Below, in pieces: positions 1 to 14,644 of a DNA stretch of 64,000 nt. Within the stretch, counting starts at the first letter, position 1. The number at the start of each line of letters is the position of its first letter. The notes below the pieces were generated by a model. It did not search any database and was not told the origin of the DNA. It saw only the letters and a program-made list of their open reading frames with translations. Position numbers and translations under genes: made by a program. This DNA is from Eledone cirrhosa (Eukaryota): assembly GCA_964016885.1 (NCBI GenBank), contig OZ024741.1:165540001-165604000 (forward strand). The letters run 5' to 3'.

Positions 1-147
1 ATCCATCACCGCCGCCAGCATCACCACCACCACCACCACCACCACCATTAAGATCCATCACCGCCGCCAGCATCACCACCACCACCACCACCACCATCAC
101 TACTAATATACAAGCCTGCAGTGATGGCAGTAAGGTGGCTGTTGGAT
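1..147 (+). CDS. Possible 3' part of a host exon (Pro/Thr-rich: PSPPPASPPPPPPPPLRSITAASITTTTTTTITTNIQACSDGSKVAVG)
   Basis: Frame 3 is open from the window start to a GTAAGA donor at 148. It contains a 52-bp duplicated (ACC)n unit, so it could be only a simple repeat. Confidence 0.25.
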
Positions 148-149
148 GT

Positions 150-165
150 AAGAGAGGGAGGGAGG

Positions 166-202
<37 letters not shown>

Positions 203-328
203 CGTGCGAGGAAGAGAGTGAGTGTGTAGAGCAGATCAGAGGGAGGGAGTGAATGAGAGTGTGTGTGTGTGAGAGAGAGAGAGTGTGTGTGTGTGTGAGA
301 GAGTGTGTGTGTGAGTGTATGTGAGAGA

Positions 329-359
<31 letters not shown>

Positions 360-820
360 TGTGTGTGTGAGTGAGAGTGTGTGTGTGTGTGAGTGAGTGT
401 GTGTGTGTGTGTGTGTGTGTGAGTGAGAGAGAGTGTGTGTGTGTGAGAGAGAGAGTGTGTGTGTGTGAGTGTATGTGACAGAGTGTGTATGTGTGTGTGT
501 GTGAGAGAGAGAGAGAGTGTGTGTGAGTGAGAGAGTGTGTGTGTGTGTGTGTGTGTGTGAGTGAGAGAGTGTGTGTGTGTGTGTGAGTGAGAGAGAGAGT
601 GTGTATGTGTGTGAGGAAGAGAGTGAGTGTGTGAAAGAGTGTGTGTGAATGTATGTTGTGTGCGAGTGTAAGAGAGAGTGTGTAGATCAGATCAGAGAAC
701 AGAAGAATATGAATGAGGGGTAGAGTGGAGGGGGGGGAGCAGATGTGGAAGAGGAAGGAAGAGATTAGGTAGGGGAGGGAAAGAGTGGCGAGAGAGATAG
801 AGAGAGAGAGAGATAGAGAG
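150..820. repeat. Compound (GT)n/(GA)n microsatellite
   Basis: Directly visible. Confidence 0.95.
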
Positions 821-1132
821 GGAGCGGTATATACACAGATCAATACATAAATAGATCGATAGACAGACTGGGAGTCATATATATGTGTGTTTATATATAG
901 TCCAACCCATGCCAACTTGAAGAAGCTGATGTTAAATGATGATATTGACATATATATATAATTGTTTCTACTATTAGCACAAGGCCAGCAATTATTCCAG
1001 TGTATTACTGGTACTTTATTTTATCGACCCCGTAAGGATGAAAGGCAAAGTTATAATGTGTGTGTGTGTGTGTGTGTGTGCACAGAAGCACATGTAGATA
1101 TATATCGAGACACACACACACACACGCATATA

Positions 1133-1170
<38 letters not shown>

Positions 1171-1228
1171 AGTCCCGGGTTCAATATATATATATATGGT
1201 CTAGCTGGTTTTTACCACACCCTATCTG

Positions 1229-1274
<46 letters not shown>

Positions 1275-1415
1275 CCAAAGATTAATATGGTTCATTGATT
1301 ACTCAATCAATATAGTTTTACAATAGATTAAAAGCACTCTACAGTTACGTTTTCTGGAGTTTTATGGAATTGAACCATCAGCACAGTTGAGGTATGTCAT
1401 ACATCAATTCATGTA

Positions 1416-1477
1416 TTTTATCTGATGAGAACGTACTGAAAAAACAGCACAGTACCTCTGAAATATATATAATAAAA
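1416..1477 (+). ncRNA. Type I hammerhead ribozyme motif (palindromic stem III, PLE type)
   Basis: TTTTAT-CTGATGA-[GTACTG...CAGTAC stem II]-GAAA-TATATAT-A-ATAAAA; stem I is TTTTAT/ATAAAA. Confidence 0.6.
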
Positions 1478-1606
1478 CATATATTTTGATTATGTGAACG
1501 TCTTCATTTATTAATATTTTGAATAATATTATATATATATATACTCATGGTAGCATGGAAGATGGACATTATAAGAAGATGATGATGATGATGATGATAC
1601 ATATAT

Positions 1607-1650
1607 ATGAGAACAGATCTAGCTGTCGAAACAGCCAGGGCTCAGCTGTC
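1607..1650 (+). ncRNA. 5'-truncated hammerhead motif
   Basis: ATGA-gaACAG atctag CTGTc-GAA-ACAGC...GCTGT-C (GUC triplet); the CTG and stem I 5' strand are replaced by (TA)n. Confidence 0.45.
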
Positions 1651-1778
1651 GGGGTGCTGATCTGTTTATTTTACCCTTTCTACCACCACAAGTATTGAGT
1701 ACTCTGGTGCGTTATGATCCACCTGGTATCTCACCAAAATTTCTTTATACACACACACACACACACACATACACATAC

Positions 1779-1857
<79 letters not shown>

Positions 1858-1967
1858 TATACATATATATACATATATATATAAACATATATATATATAT
1901 ACATATATATATACATATATATATATACATATATATATATATAAACATATATATATATATACATATA

Positions 1968-2443
1968 TCATCATCATCATCATCATCAGCGTTTAACGTC
2001 CGTGTTCCACGCTTGCATGGGTTTGGACGGGGGTAGTCCCACTTGAGGCAAGAGTGATTGTCTTGCTCGCATAGGACTGTCTGGCAGGTTTTCTACAGTT
2101 GGATGCCCTTCCTAACACCAACCACATTTACAGTGTGGGTCTGGGAGGTTTTTACCGTGTTGCCTACACGGCCACATTACAGCGTGGACTGTGTGTTTTT
2201 TTGTCGTGACACCTACACGATCTCATTTGTTTCGGCCTCGATGGCGCGGCACCAACATAACTTTACATAGAACGGGGTGGTGTGGATCGGGTGGGGGTGG
2301 TGGGACGGGGTGTATTTGTTAGAGATGCCTACTGGCTGGAGTAGGTTTTACTATATATTTAGGTAAGGCGGGTCTTCTCTGTTACTGAGTACCGCCAAAG
2401 GTCTCGGTCCAGTGACATTGTCTTGGAGAGGTGTAAGTGTGTG
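1968..2443 (-). mobile_element. 5'-truncated RTE LINE copy (3'UTR + ORF end), (GAT)n tail
   Basis: Near-identical to 19911-20365 of the full-length element; flanked by (TA)n. Confidence 0.95.
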
Positions 2444-2502
2444 ATATATATATACATATATATATATATATACAGATATATATATATAAAAAAAAAAAAA
2501 AG

Positions 2503-2718
2503 GATCGATCGACTTTCGTCAAATCGGACCGAGGAAACAATGTTTCCGTTGGTCTTTCCAATTGCTAGTACTATCTATCGGTGGCAAATCCAGGCAGAAG
2601 GAGCAACGTGTAATAAAGTGTCTTGCTCAAGGACATAACGCATTGCCCGGTCCAGAAACTGAACTCACAACCTCAAGATTGTGAATCCAATTCTCTAACC
2701 ACTCAGCCACACGCCTTC
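2503..2718 (-). mobile_element. tRNA-derived SINE family D
   Basis: A box TGGCTGAGTGG, B-box-like GAGTTCAG, CCTTGAGCAAGACAC core; homologous copy at 34236-34450. Confidence 0.75.
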
Positions 2719-2870
2719 ACATATATATATATATACATATATATATATACACATATATATATATATATACATATATATTCATATATATGTATATATATAT
2801 ATGTATATATATGTATGTATATATATGTATATATATATATATATACATATATATACATACATATACATAC

Positions 2871-2939
<69 letters not shown>

Positions 2940-2959
2940 TATACATATATATATACATA

Positions 2960-3297
2960 TTTCATCATTTCATTTTATGTCAGCTTTTTCTCTGCTTGCA
3001 AGGGTGGGACGGGAACTGATTCTGGCTTGATTTCTACAGCTGGATGCCCTTCCTAACACCAACCTCATTTACAGTGAGTGCTGGGTGCTTTTTTGCCATG
3101 GCACCTACACGACCACTTTGCAGTGGAATGATATGGACCCCAGTCCCTATCATCTCATTTCTACAGCTGAGTAAACTGGAGCAATGTGAAATAAAGTGTC
3201 TTGCTCAAGGAAACAACACATTTACCCGGTCTGAGAATTGAACTCACAACCTTTCGATTGCAAGGCCAATGCTCTAACCACTAAGCCATGTGCCTCC
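2960..3297 (-). mobile_element. tRNA-derived SINE family A with RTE-derived tail
   Basis: A box TGGCTTAGTGG, B box GAGTTCAATTC; matches the copies at 10353, 16332, 41910 and 51300. Confidence 0.9.
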
Positions 3298-3310
3298 ATA
3301 TATATATATA

Positions 3311-3342
<32 letters not shown>

Positions 3343-3356
3343 CATATATATATATG

Positions 3357-3902
3357 GTGGCTGCCAACTCGTTTTCGAGTACGGCCACTACTTTATATCC
3401 ATGTAGGAGAACTCCTACCGATGCACTGAACGAATGTGACTTTAGTCCAGCCAGCGACTTGAAAACTCTGGTACAAACACTACACTTGTGACAATTATTG
3501 ACACATAGTGCTAGGCCCATGGTACCATGTGACGACAAGTGCAGAGAGATCTCCAGATATAAAGTAATGCCTGTGCCGTGAAGCTTTTATAGTGAGCAAA
3601 GGCACTGCACAAAGCCAGTCCCACTCTCTTAACCAAGATGATATTTACCAAAAAGAAGAACAAGTCAACATCATTGGATACCATAAGAGTGGCAGGTGTT
3701 ATATCAGAGCTTTCCTTCTCCTAGAATCTGCCTTGACAAAGGCTAAGGGGTCATCTCTCCCGGTGATTTTGGATGGCCATTGACTCTTAAGAGCTCCTTT
3801 GACAGGTTTTGTTTTTAGTCCTGCAGGATGTCCAAAGTCACCCTCCTCACCAAGAAACCTTAGTGGGGTTGCCAGTTCAGTCGCCAACGACCCGACCATG
3901 GG
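3357..3902 (-). mobile_element. Internally deleted (bipartite) RTE element
   Basis: RTE 5'UTR-type motif (aaggcagattctaggagaaggaaagctctga) joined to a C-terminal CxxCxRxFxSxxGLxSH zinc motif (CSVCTRVFKSLAGLKSH); flanked by (TA)n. Confidence 0.65.
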
Positions 3903-4144
3903 ACATATATATATGCATATATATATACATACATATATATATATATACATATATATACACATATATATATACATACATATACATATATATATATACATAA
4001 AATAAAGTTATATAAAAAGTCAAATGATTAAAATTTAGCTTCGTTCATTACTGCATACTGAGGTGTTGGTATACAACCAACATAAACTCAAAATCTATAT
4101 ATATACATATATATATACATATATATATATACATATATATATAC

Positions 4145-4191
<47 letters not shown>

Positions 4192-4192
4192 C

Positions 4193-4223
<31 letters not shown>

Positions 4224-4325
4224 CACATATATACATATATATATACATATACATATATATACATATATATATATATACATATATAAATATATATACATAT
4301 ATACATATATATATATATACATATA

Positions 4326-4657
4326 TCATCATCATCAATGTTTAACGTCCGTGTTCCCCGCTTGCATGGGTTTGGACAGGGGTTTTCCCACTTGAGGCAA
4401 GAGTGATTATCTTGCTCGCATAGGACTGTCTGGCGGGTTTTCTACAGCTGGATGCCCTTCCTAACACCAACCACATTTACAGTGTGGGGCTGGGAGGTTT
4501 TTACCGTGTTGCCTACACAGCCACATTACAGCGTGGACTGTGTGTTTTTTTACATGACACCTACACGATCTCATTTGTTTCGGCCTGGATGGTGTGGCAC
4601 CAACATAACTTTACATTGAAAGGGGCGGTGTGGATGGGGTGGGGTGGTGGGACGGGG

Positions 4658-4660
<3 letters not shown>
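4326..4660 (-). mobile_element. RTE LINE 3'UTR fragment (variant subfamily)
   Basis: Homologous to 19911-20260. Confidence 0.9.
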
Positions 4661-4699
<39 letters not shown>

Positions 4700-4849
4700 T
4701 TGTGTGTGTATATATATATATATATGTGTGTGCATATATATATATGTGTGTGTATTCATTTTTTCATTTCATTTTACGTTCTCTTTTTCCCTGCTTGCAA
4801 GGGTGGGACGGGAACTGATTCTGGCTTGATTTCTACAGCTGGATGCCCT

Positions 4850-4900
<51 letters not shown>

Positions 4901-5250
4901 GTATATGAGGGGAGGGGTGCAGCCAAGTAAACAGACAGAGAGATAGAGAGGTAGACAAACAGTTAGATATAAGTCATGTATATACACAGATAGTTATATA
5001 GACATATATAGACATGGATATATATATATATATAGATATATATATATCTACAATGATGAATGCATATATATATATATACATACAAACATAGAGAGAGGTA
5101 CATACATCCATACACATATATCTATAAAAACATACATAACCAGATAATTATACACACACACACACACACACATATATGTATGTATGTGTGTGTGTGTGTG
5201 TTTGTGTGTGTCTATGTGTAAACATACATAGCCAGATAAATATATATGTG

Positions 5251-5282
<32 letters not shown>

Positions 5283-5393
5283 TACAGACACATGAACACA
5301 GACAGACATTGCAGACAGATGGACATGCACACATACAGCCAGAAAATTACATACATACCTACATACATACATACCTACATACCTACATATATA

Positions 5394-5440
<47 letters not shown>

Positions 5441-5982
5441 GAATAAATAGAGTAAACTCACTAACTGTCAGATTAGTGGGTTTCTTTGTTTTTATTTATT
5501 TATTTCTATATCTGGCAAATGGCCAGAAGCCTTTTATCCAAGAGGGAGAGTTGTAGGATACATGATCATCCTTTCCTTCAACATTAATCTAACATGTTGC
5601 ATTGTTTTTTAACCAACTGTAGGATCAAACAATCCTTCAACATGTATTTCTCATTTAAGCACAAGGCCAGCAAATTTAGAAGAAAGCCACAAAGTTGATT
5701 AAATCAATACCCCAGTACATGACTGGTGTCCCTAAAAATGTATACACACTTTGACTACCTGTCCAGGCAATATTTATTTCCCATTTAGACACAAGGCCAC
5801 AAAGTTGATTAAATCAAACCCCAGTACTTGACTGGTAGTATACAGATGTCCCCCAAAAATGTATGTATACACACTTTGATTACCTGTACAGTCAATATAT
5901 ATTTCTCATTTTGACACAGGGCCAACAAATTTAGGAAGAGCAAAGTTGAGTAATCGAACTTCAGTATGTAACTGGTATTATA

Positions 5983-6359
5983 TAGGGTGTCCCTAAAAAA
6001 TGTATACACACTTTGATTACCTGTACAAGCAATATTTATTAGAATGCACAGCCTTTCCCAAAAATAAAATGACGTACAGACATAATTCAATTATATGTAA
6101 ACACCCAAAAATGTTTACATGATTTAAACAATAATTTCTTTATTAACCACACAGAGCTCACATTAAAGAAACATTAAAGACGGTACAGATGGGTTTTTCT
6201 TTGTGTAAAATAACATTTATAACATAATTTGAATAATTGTTTCTACTTTTGGCACAAGGCCAGCAATTACCCAGTACATATAATGCATATAAAACAGAAT
6301 TTATTTTAATGCATTTTTTTAAAGATTTTGTTGTGTATACATTTTTAGGCGAGACCTTG
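5983..6359. mobile_element. Tc1/mariner-type MITE remnant
   Basis: TIR-like TAGGGTGTCCCTAAAAAATGTATACAC / GTGTATACATTTTTAGGCGAGACCTTG with TA flanks; partial TIR copies near 5725 and 5843. Confidence 0.55.
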
Positions 6360-6841
6360 TATTTTATCAGCCTCTGTAAGGATGAAAGGCAAAGTTGGTT
6401 TCAGTGAGATTTGAACTTAGCATGTAAAGAGCCAGAATCAATGTTGCAATGGTATTTTATCCAACACTACTAATTCTAACAATCCACCATTAAACTAGCA
6501 AGTTATGTTGTTTCAATCCACTTGTAGGATGTATTACCAACCTTCCCTTCAACAGGCTGCATTGTTTTTATCCATAAAATGAGATTATAGGATAAAACTA
6601 TGTAGTCCCTCCTAGGGTCATACTTACACACATGCACAGAGGCACATACACATGCCTCTCAATACACAAGTACATACATACATACATATACACACAACAT
6701 ATTGACACCTATATACTTAGTCAGCTGCAATATATAACAACACCTACTCACCTACATCTAAGCTTTAATACATTTCTGTATGTGATTATTCACTTCACAC
6801 AAATATAATATACACATGCATAGTTTTCATATTCATATGCA

Positions 6842-6890
<49 letters not shown>

Positions 6891-7125
6891 TTATTTATAT
6901 ACACACTTACATGCATCCACATATATGTGCATATATATATATATACACATACATACAACAAATACATTTATTTCTATACCCACTTAAATGTATATACCTA
7001 TATAAGCATGCACAGAGATGTACACACACACGCACACATATATATATATATAAATGAAAAGTAAAGAAATTATTATGAGCAAGAAGCACACAGTATTTCA
7101 TAAAATATATATATATATATATATA

Positions 7126-8153
7126 TCATCATTATCATCATCATCATCATCAGGTTTAGCGTCCGTGTTCCACGCTTTCATGGGTTTGGATGGGGGTTTT
7201 CCCATTTGAGGCAAGAGTGGTTGTCTTGCTCACATAGGACTGTCTGGCGGGTTTTCTACGGCTGGATGCCCTTCCTAACACCAACCACATTTACAGTGTG
7301 GGGCTGGGTTTTTTTTACCGTGTTGCCTACACGGCCACATTTACAGCGTGGACTGTCTGGCGGGTTTTCTACAGCTGGATGCCCTTCCTAACACCAACCA
7401 CATTTACAGTGTGGGCTGGGAGGTTTTTACCGTGTTGCCTACACGGCCACATTACAGCGTGGACTGTGTGTTTTTTTGTCGTGACACCTACACGATCTCA
7501 TTTGTTTCGGCCTGGATGTTGTGGGACCAACATAACTTTACATTGAAAGGGGCGGTGTGGATGGGGTGGAGGTGGTGGGACGGGGGTGTGTTTTGATAGA
7601 GATGCCTACTGACTGTAGTAGGTTTTTACTTTGTATTTAGGTAAGGCGGGTCTTCTCTGTTACTGAGTACCGCCAAAGGTCTCGGTCCAGTGACATTGTC
7701 TTGGAGAGGTGTAAACGTGTGAGGTCGGAATTTATCATGTCGTCCCAGGTGTTTCTGGGTCTGCCTACTCCGTGGCTACCGTCTATCTTTATTGCCCTGC
7801 ACTTTGTTATACAGCTGTCGTCTTTCATGCGCATCACGTGACCGTACCAACGTAGCCTTCTCTCGAGTAAACAACATCTAATCCCTCTTATTTCTAATTT
7901 TTTCCTTAGTTCGTTTATGCTTTGCCGTTCACGTATATTACTATTGCACATCCAGCGGAGCATGCAAGCTTCGTTCCTCTCTAGTCTGCATATATCCTCT
8001 GCACACAATGCCCAGGTCTCACTGCCATGCAGCATTGCTGTTCGTATGCAGGCATCGTATAACCTGCCTTTCATTTTTAGGGAGAACCCTCTAGCGGCTA
8101 ACTTTTTCCATCCAGTTCAGTTCTGACTCTAGCTACTGTACTTTCAGAGCACC
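7126..8153 (-). mobile_element. 5'-truncated RTE LINE copy (ORF C-terminus + 3'UTR with 2 copies of the ~112-bp unit)
   Basis: The 145-aa ORF at 7637-8074 closely matches the C-terminus of the 1084-aa ORF. Confidence 0.95.
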
Positions 8154-9661
<1,508 letters not shown>

Positions 9662-10009
9662 ATCATCATCATCATCATCATCATCAACGTTTAACGTCCG
9701 TGTTCCACGCTTGCATGGGTTTGGACGGGGGTAGTCCCACTTGAGGCAAGAGTGATTGTCTTGCTCGCATAGGACTGTCTGGCAGGTTTTCTACAGTTGG
9801 ATGCCCTTCCTAACACCAACCACATTTACAGTGTGGGTCTGGGAGGTTTTTACCGTGTTGCCTACACGGCCACATTACAGCGTGGACTGTGTGTTTTTTT
9901 GTCGTGACACCTACACGATCTCATTTGTTTCGGCCTCGATGGCGCGGCACCAACATAACTTTACATAGAACGGGGTGGTGTGGATCGGGTGGGGGTGGGG
10001 TGGTGGGAC
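9662..10009 (-). mobile_element. RTE LINE 3'UTR fragment
   Basis: Near-identical to 19911-20258. Confidence 0.95.
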
Positions 10010-10019
10010 ATATATATAT

Positions 10020-10183
<164 letters not shown>

Positions 10184-10193
10184 TATATATATA

Positions 10194-10338
<145 letters not shown>

Positions 10339-10352
10339 CATACCATACATAT

Positions 10353-10692
10353 GGAGGCACATGGCTTAGCGGTTAGAGCATTGGCTTTGCAATTGAAAGT
10401 TTGTGAGTTCAATTCTCAGACCGGGTGATGTGTTGTTTCCTTGAGCAAGACACTTTATTAAACATTGCTCCAGTTTACTCAGCTGTAGAAATGAGATGGT
10501 AGGGAATGTGGTCCCTATCATTCCACTGTAAAGTGGTCGTGGAGGCACCACGGCAAAAAAGCACCCACCACTCGCTGTAAATGAGGTTAGTGTTAGGAAG
10601 GGCATCCAGCTGTAGAAATCAAGCCAGAATCAGTTCCCGTCCCACCCTTGCGAGCAGAGAAAAGCGGACGTAAAATGAAATGATGATGATGA
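10353..10692 (+). mobile_element. SINE family A
   Basis: tRNA head, shared body, (ATG)n tail. Confidence 0.9.
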
Positions 10693-10769
10693 TAACACAT
10701 ATGTATGTGTGTGTGTATATATACACACACACACACACTCACATATATAAGTGGATTCCTGATGTATAT

Positions 10770-10888
10770 TGGGAGGTGACCACAGTTAAAAAAAGGTACT
10801 CAATACGTTAGTAAAGTACAAGCATCTTTATTCAATTATAGAAATGACTTCTTACAGGACTAGAACTGTTTCATTGTTAAGAAATCAT
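10770..10888 (-). mobile_element. Truncated hammerhead-element copy (family of 15210/50943)
   Basis: Reverse complement reads aatgatttcttaacaatGAAACAGttctagtcCTGTAagaagtc, followed by the family tail (gtattgagtacc...ctgtggtcacct). Confidence 0.6.
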
Positions 10889-11087
10889 TAAAAAAAAAAA
10901 TATATATATATATCTCATCGTCACCATCATCGTTTTTACATCGACTTTTCCATGCTGTCCTTACTCAGGGAGGGCTTTTAGAAGTAATATTTCATAGCCA
11001 GATGCTGTTCCCGATAGCAACCCTTTTAGTCACATCTAACAACATGCAGGGATATGGTGCAACTATTCTAATACAGATACACACAGT

Positions 11088-11143
<56 letters not shown>

Positions 11144-11324
11144 GTTAATAAATGAAATAAAACAAAACACAGCAGTGGAGGAGGTTTCAAGGTGGAGGAA
11201 GGATTTTAGACACAATGCCAGCAAATTTAGGAGTAAAAGTAATAACAAAAACAATAAAACAAACAGCACAGTATATGGAAACAATATATTAGTTTAAATA
11301 TAGTTTGAAATAGCAGGAAGAGAG

Positions 11325-11360
11325 TCTTAACGTTTCAGACACTACTCCTTCGTCAGAAGA
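11325..11360 (-). ncRNA. Minimal type I hammerhead motif
   Basis: TCTT-CTGACGA-aggagtagtgtct-GAA-ACGT-T-AAGA; homologous degenerate copy at 35306-35340. Confidence 0.6.
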
Positions 11361-12248
11361 TAGAGTTAAAAATAGAAGATAAATAGAAAGTAAAGAGTGA
11401 TATGAAGAAGGAACAAGCAAAATTGGGGAGAAAACAAACATGTGCGTATTCAATTGGCAAGGTCACCTAGAGATTAATTGAACCAGTTATATATTTAAGT
11501 AAAATGTAGAGTAGATAATTTTATTTATTTTCTAGAGTTTTACAGGAGTACATTTAAGTTTACTGTTTGTTTTTGTCACATAACTTTGCAGTTTGATAAA
11601 ACATGAGATCAAGATAAGATAAATACCAGGGTCAAGATGATCTACTAAATATTTTCCAAGGTAATTTCTTATATATATATATATATATATAATATAAGAT
11701 CAAAAGATGGTTAAAAGAGTTCCAAGTATTTTATTATGCGCATTTCAAAAACAAATATCATCATGAGATAAAATAGGGAGACATGATATGAAGCTTAAAA
11801 AACACTTGAGAATAGTTTTAAATCAACATATGAAAAATAAATTAAGATTGATGTATGAGATTGGCAAAAAGTGAGGGGGGGGGAGGTAAGGAAGAGGAAG
11901 AGATGAGAGTATATATATATGTGAATGAAAATAGACCGAGAAACAGGACTGTCCATCATCAGTAGTCTGCTGATTATCATTGGTATTTCTTCGCATTAAA
12001 GACCAGATACCTTAAAATAAGTTATCGGGACAGGGCGATTTGGAAGAGGAAAGTAAACAAACAATATGGTAGTAATGCAGCGTAAAGAGAGGAAGAGAGA
12101 GTCAATGAATCTTGTGGACTTAAGTCCGAACAAATCAATAAACAAGAAGAGGCAGACACGTCTGAACCACGCGAAAAGTGAGAGAAAAAAAGATTTCACA
12201 CAGGTCAAACTGTGATGCACATGGCAATATATATTTGAAAAATGATTT

Positions 12249-13485
12249 CATCATCATCATCATCATCATCAACGTTTAACGTCCGTGTTCCACGCTTGCA
12301 TGGGTTTGGACGGGGGTAGTCCCACTTGAGGCAAGAGTGATTGTCTTGCTCGCATAGGACTGTCTGGCAGGTTTTCTACAGTTGGATGCCCTTCCTAACA
12401 CCAACCACATTTACAGTGTGGGGCTGGGAGGTTTTTACCGTGTTGCCTACACGGCCACATTACAGCGTGGACTGTGTGGCAGGTTTTCTACAGTTGGATG
12501 CCCTTCCTAACACCAACCACATTTACAGTGTGGGGCTGGGAGGTTTTTACCGTGTTGCCTACACGGCCACATTACAGCGTGGACTGTGTGGCAGGTTTTC
12601 TACAGTTGGATGCCCTTCCTAACACCAACCACATTTACAGTGTGGGGCTGGGAGGTTTTTACCGTGTTGCCTACACGGCCACATTACAGCGTGGACTGTG
12701 TGGCAGGTTTTCTACAGTTGGATGCCCTTCCTAACACCAACCACATTTACAGTGTGGGGCTGGGAGGTTTTTACCGTGTTGCCTACACGGCCACATTACA
12801 GCATGGACTGTGTGGCAGGTTTTCTACAGTTGGATGCCCTTCCTAACACCAACCACATTTACAGTGTGGGGCTGGGAGGTTTTTACCGTGTTGCCTACAC
12901 GGCCACATTACAGCGTGGACTGTCTGGCAGGTTTTCTACAGCTGGATGCCCTTCCTAACACCAACCACATTTACAGTGTGGGTCTGGGAGGTTTTTACCG
13001 TGTTGCCGACACGGCCACATTACAGCGTGGACTGTCTGGCAGGTTTTCTACAGCTGGATGCCCTTCCTAACACCAACCACATTTACAGTGTGGGTCTGGG
13101 AGGTTTTTACCGTGTTGCCTACACGGCCACATTACAGCGTGGACTGTCTGGCAGGTTTTCTACAGCTGGATGCCCTTCCTAACACCAACCACATTTACAG
13201 TGTGGGTCTGGGAGGTTTTAACCGTGTTGCCTACACGGCCACATTACAGCGTGGACTGTGTGTTTTTTTGTCGTGACACCTACACGATCTCATTTGTTTC
13301 GGCCTATGGCGCGGCACCAACATAACTTTACATAGAACGGGGTGGTGGTGGTGGGACGGGGTGTATTTTGTTAGAGATGCCTACTGGCTGGAGTAGGTTT
13401 TACTATATATTTAGGTAAGGCGGGTCTTCTCTGTTACTGAGTACCGCCAAAGGTCTCGGTCCAGTGACATTGTCTTGGAGAGGTG

Positions 13486-13488
<3 letters not shown>
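12249..13488 (-). mobile_element. 5'-truncated RTE LINE copy containing a tandem array
   Basis: (CAT)n tail at 12249 and ORF end at ~13410-13488. Confidence 0.95.
12357..13252. repeat. 8 x 112-bp tandem repeat of an RTE 3'UTR segment
   Basis: GGACTGT recurs at 12357, 12469, 12581, 12693, 12805, 12917, 13029, 13141 and 13253. Confidence 0.97.
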
Positions 13489-13519
<31 letters not shown>

Positions 13520-14009
13520 CATTTTTCAAATATATATTGCCATGTGCATCACAGTTTTTAGAATAGGTACACAATATCCTTAGATGTCATTGCAGGGCCA
13601 GATTTAATGGGTGGCAGATGGGGAAATTGCCCCAGGCCTCCAGCAATTTATTTGTGCCCTTTTAAATATTTGGGAAGGGTCACGTTGTCCTAATATTGCC
13701 AAAAATAGAAAAACACGCATAGTTTGGTTTGGTTTTCGCTTCAGTTTCAGTATATATTTTTTATAAATAATTTAGCAGGCAATCAATGTTTATCTTTTAT
13801 CAAATTTCTTTCCTCACACATTTTCCTAAATTAGGATTTTCTAAATTATGTGGAAAGATTGATTATAAATCATAAAAAATTTAGAATATTGCCTGACATT
13901 AATTTATCCCCTTTTAAGAAGTAAGTAAAATATTTTAGAGTTTTAAAAAAGAGATTATTAAAAATATTCCATTTAAAACATTTAAAAGAGTACAATACCT
14001 TTCACAGAA

Positions 14010-14049
<40 letters not shown>

Positions 14050-14164
14050 CACTCACACACACACATATATACACTTACACACATACACATATATATATAT
14101 ATACACTTACACACATATATATATATACACTTACACACACACACACATATATATATATACACTT

Positions 14165-14195
<31 letters not shown>

Positions 14196-14200
14196 CACTT

Positions 14201-14242
<42 letters not shown>

Positions 14243-14377
14243 CGACATATATATATATATACACACAAACACACTCATATATATATGCACACACACCACA
14301 CATACACACACACCACACATACACACATATATATATATATAAATATACATATATATACATCTTCAAATGTATATATA

Positions 14378-14497
14378 TCATCATCATCATCATCGTTTAA
14401 CGTCCATCTTCCACGCTTGCATGGGTTTGGACGGGAGTTTTCCCACTTGAGGCAAGCAGGGAAAAGTGGACGTAAAATGAAATGATGATGATGATGA
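14378..14497. mobile_element. Back-to-back fusion of two RTE-type 3' tails
   Basis: (CAT)n + RTE1 tail (minus) joined at GCAAG to a SINE-A/RTE2 tail (plus) + (ATG)n. Confidence 0.75.
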
Positions 14498-14610
14498 CAT
14501 GTATAAATATACATATCTCTACATGTTCATAGATAATGAATCTATATATATATACATATACATACATATATATATATGCATATTCATATATATATATATA
14601 TGTGCATATT

Positions 14611-14644
<34 letters not shown>

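Noticed and set aside
103-951. 282-aa His/Thr ORF
   Set aside because: Translation of the (CA)n/(CT)n microsatellite.
11940-11970. Hammerhead (CTGATGATGGACAGTCC, minus strand)
   Set aside because: No GAAA or stem III follows; at most a remnant.
12341-13276. Series of overlapping 72-93-aa ORFs
   Set aside because: Antisense readings of the 112-bp LINE UTR repeat.
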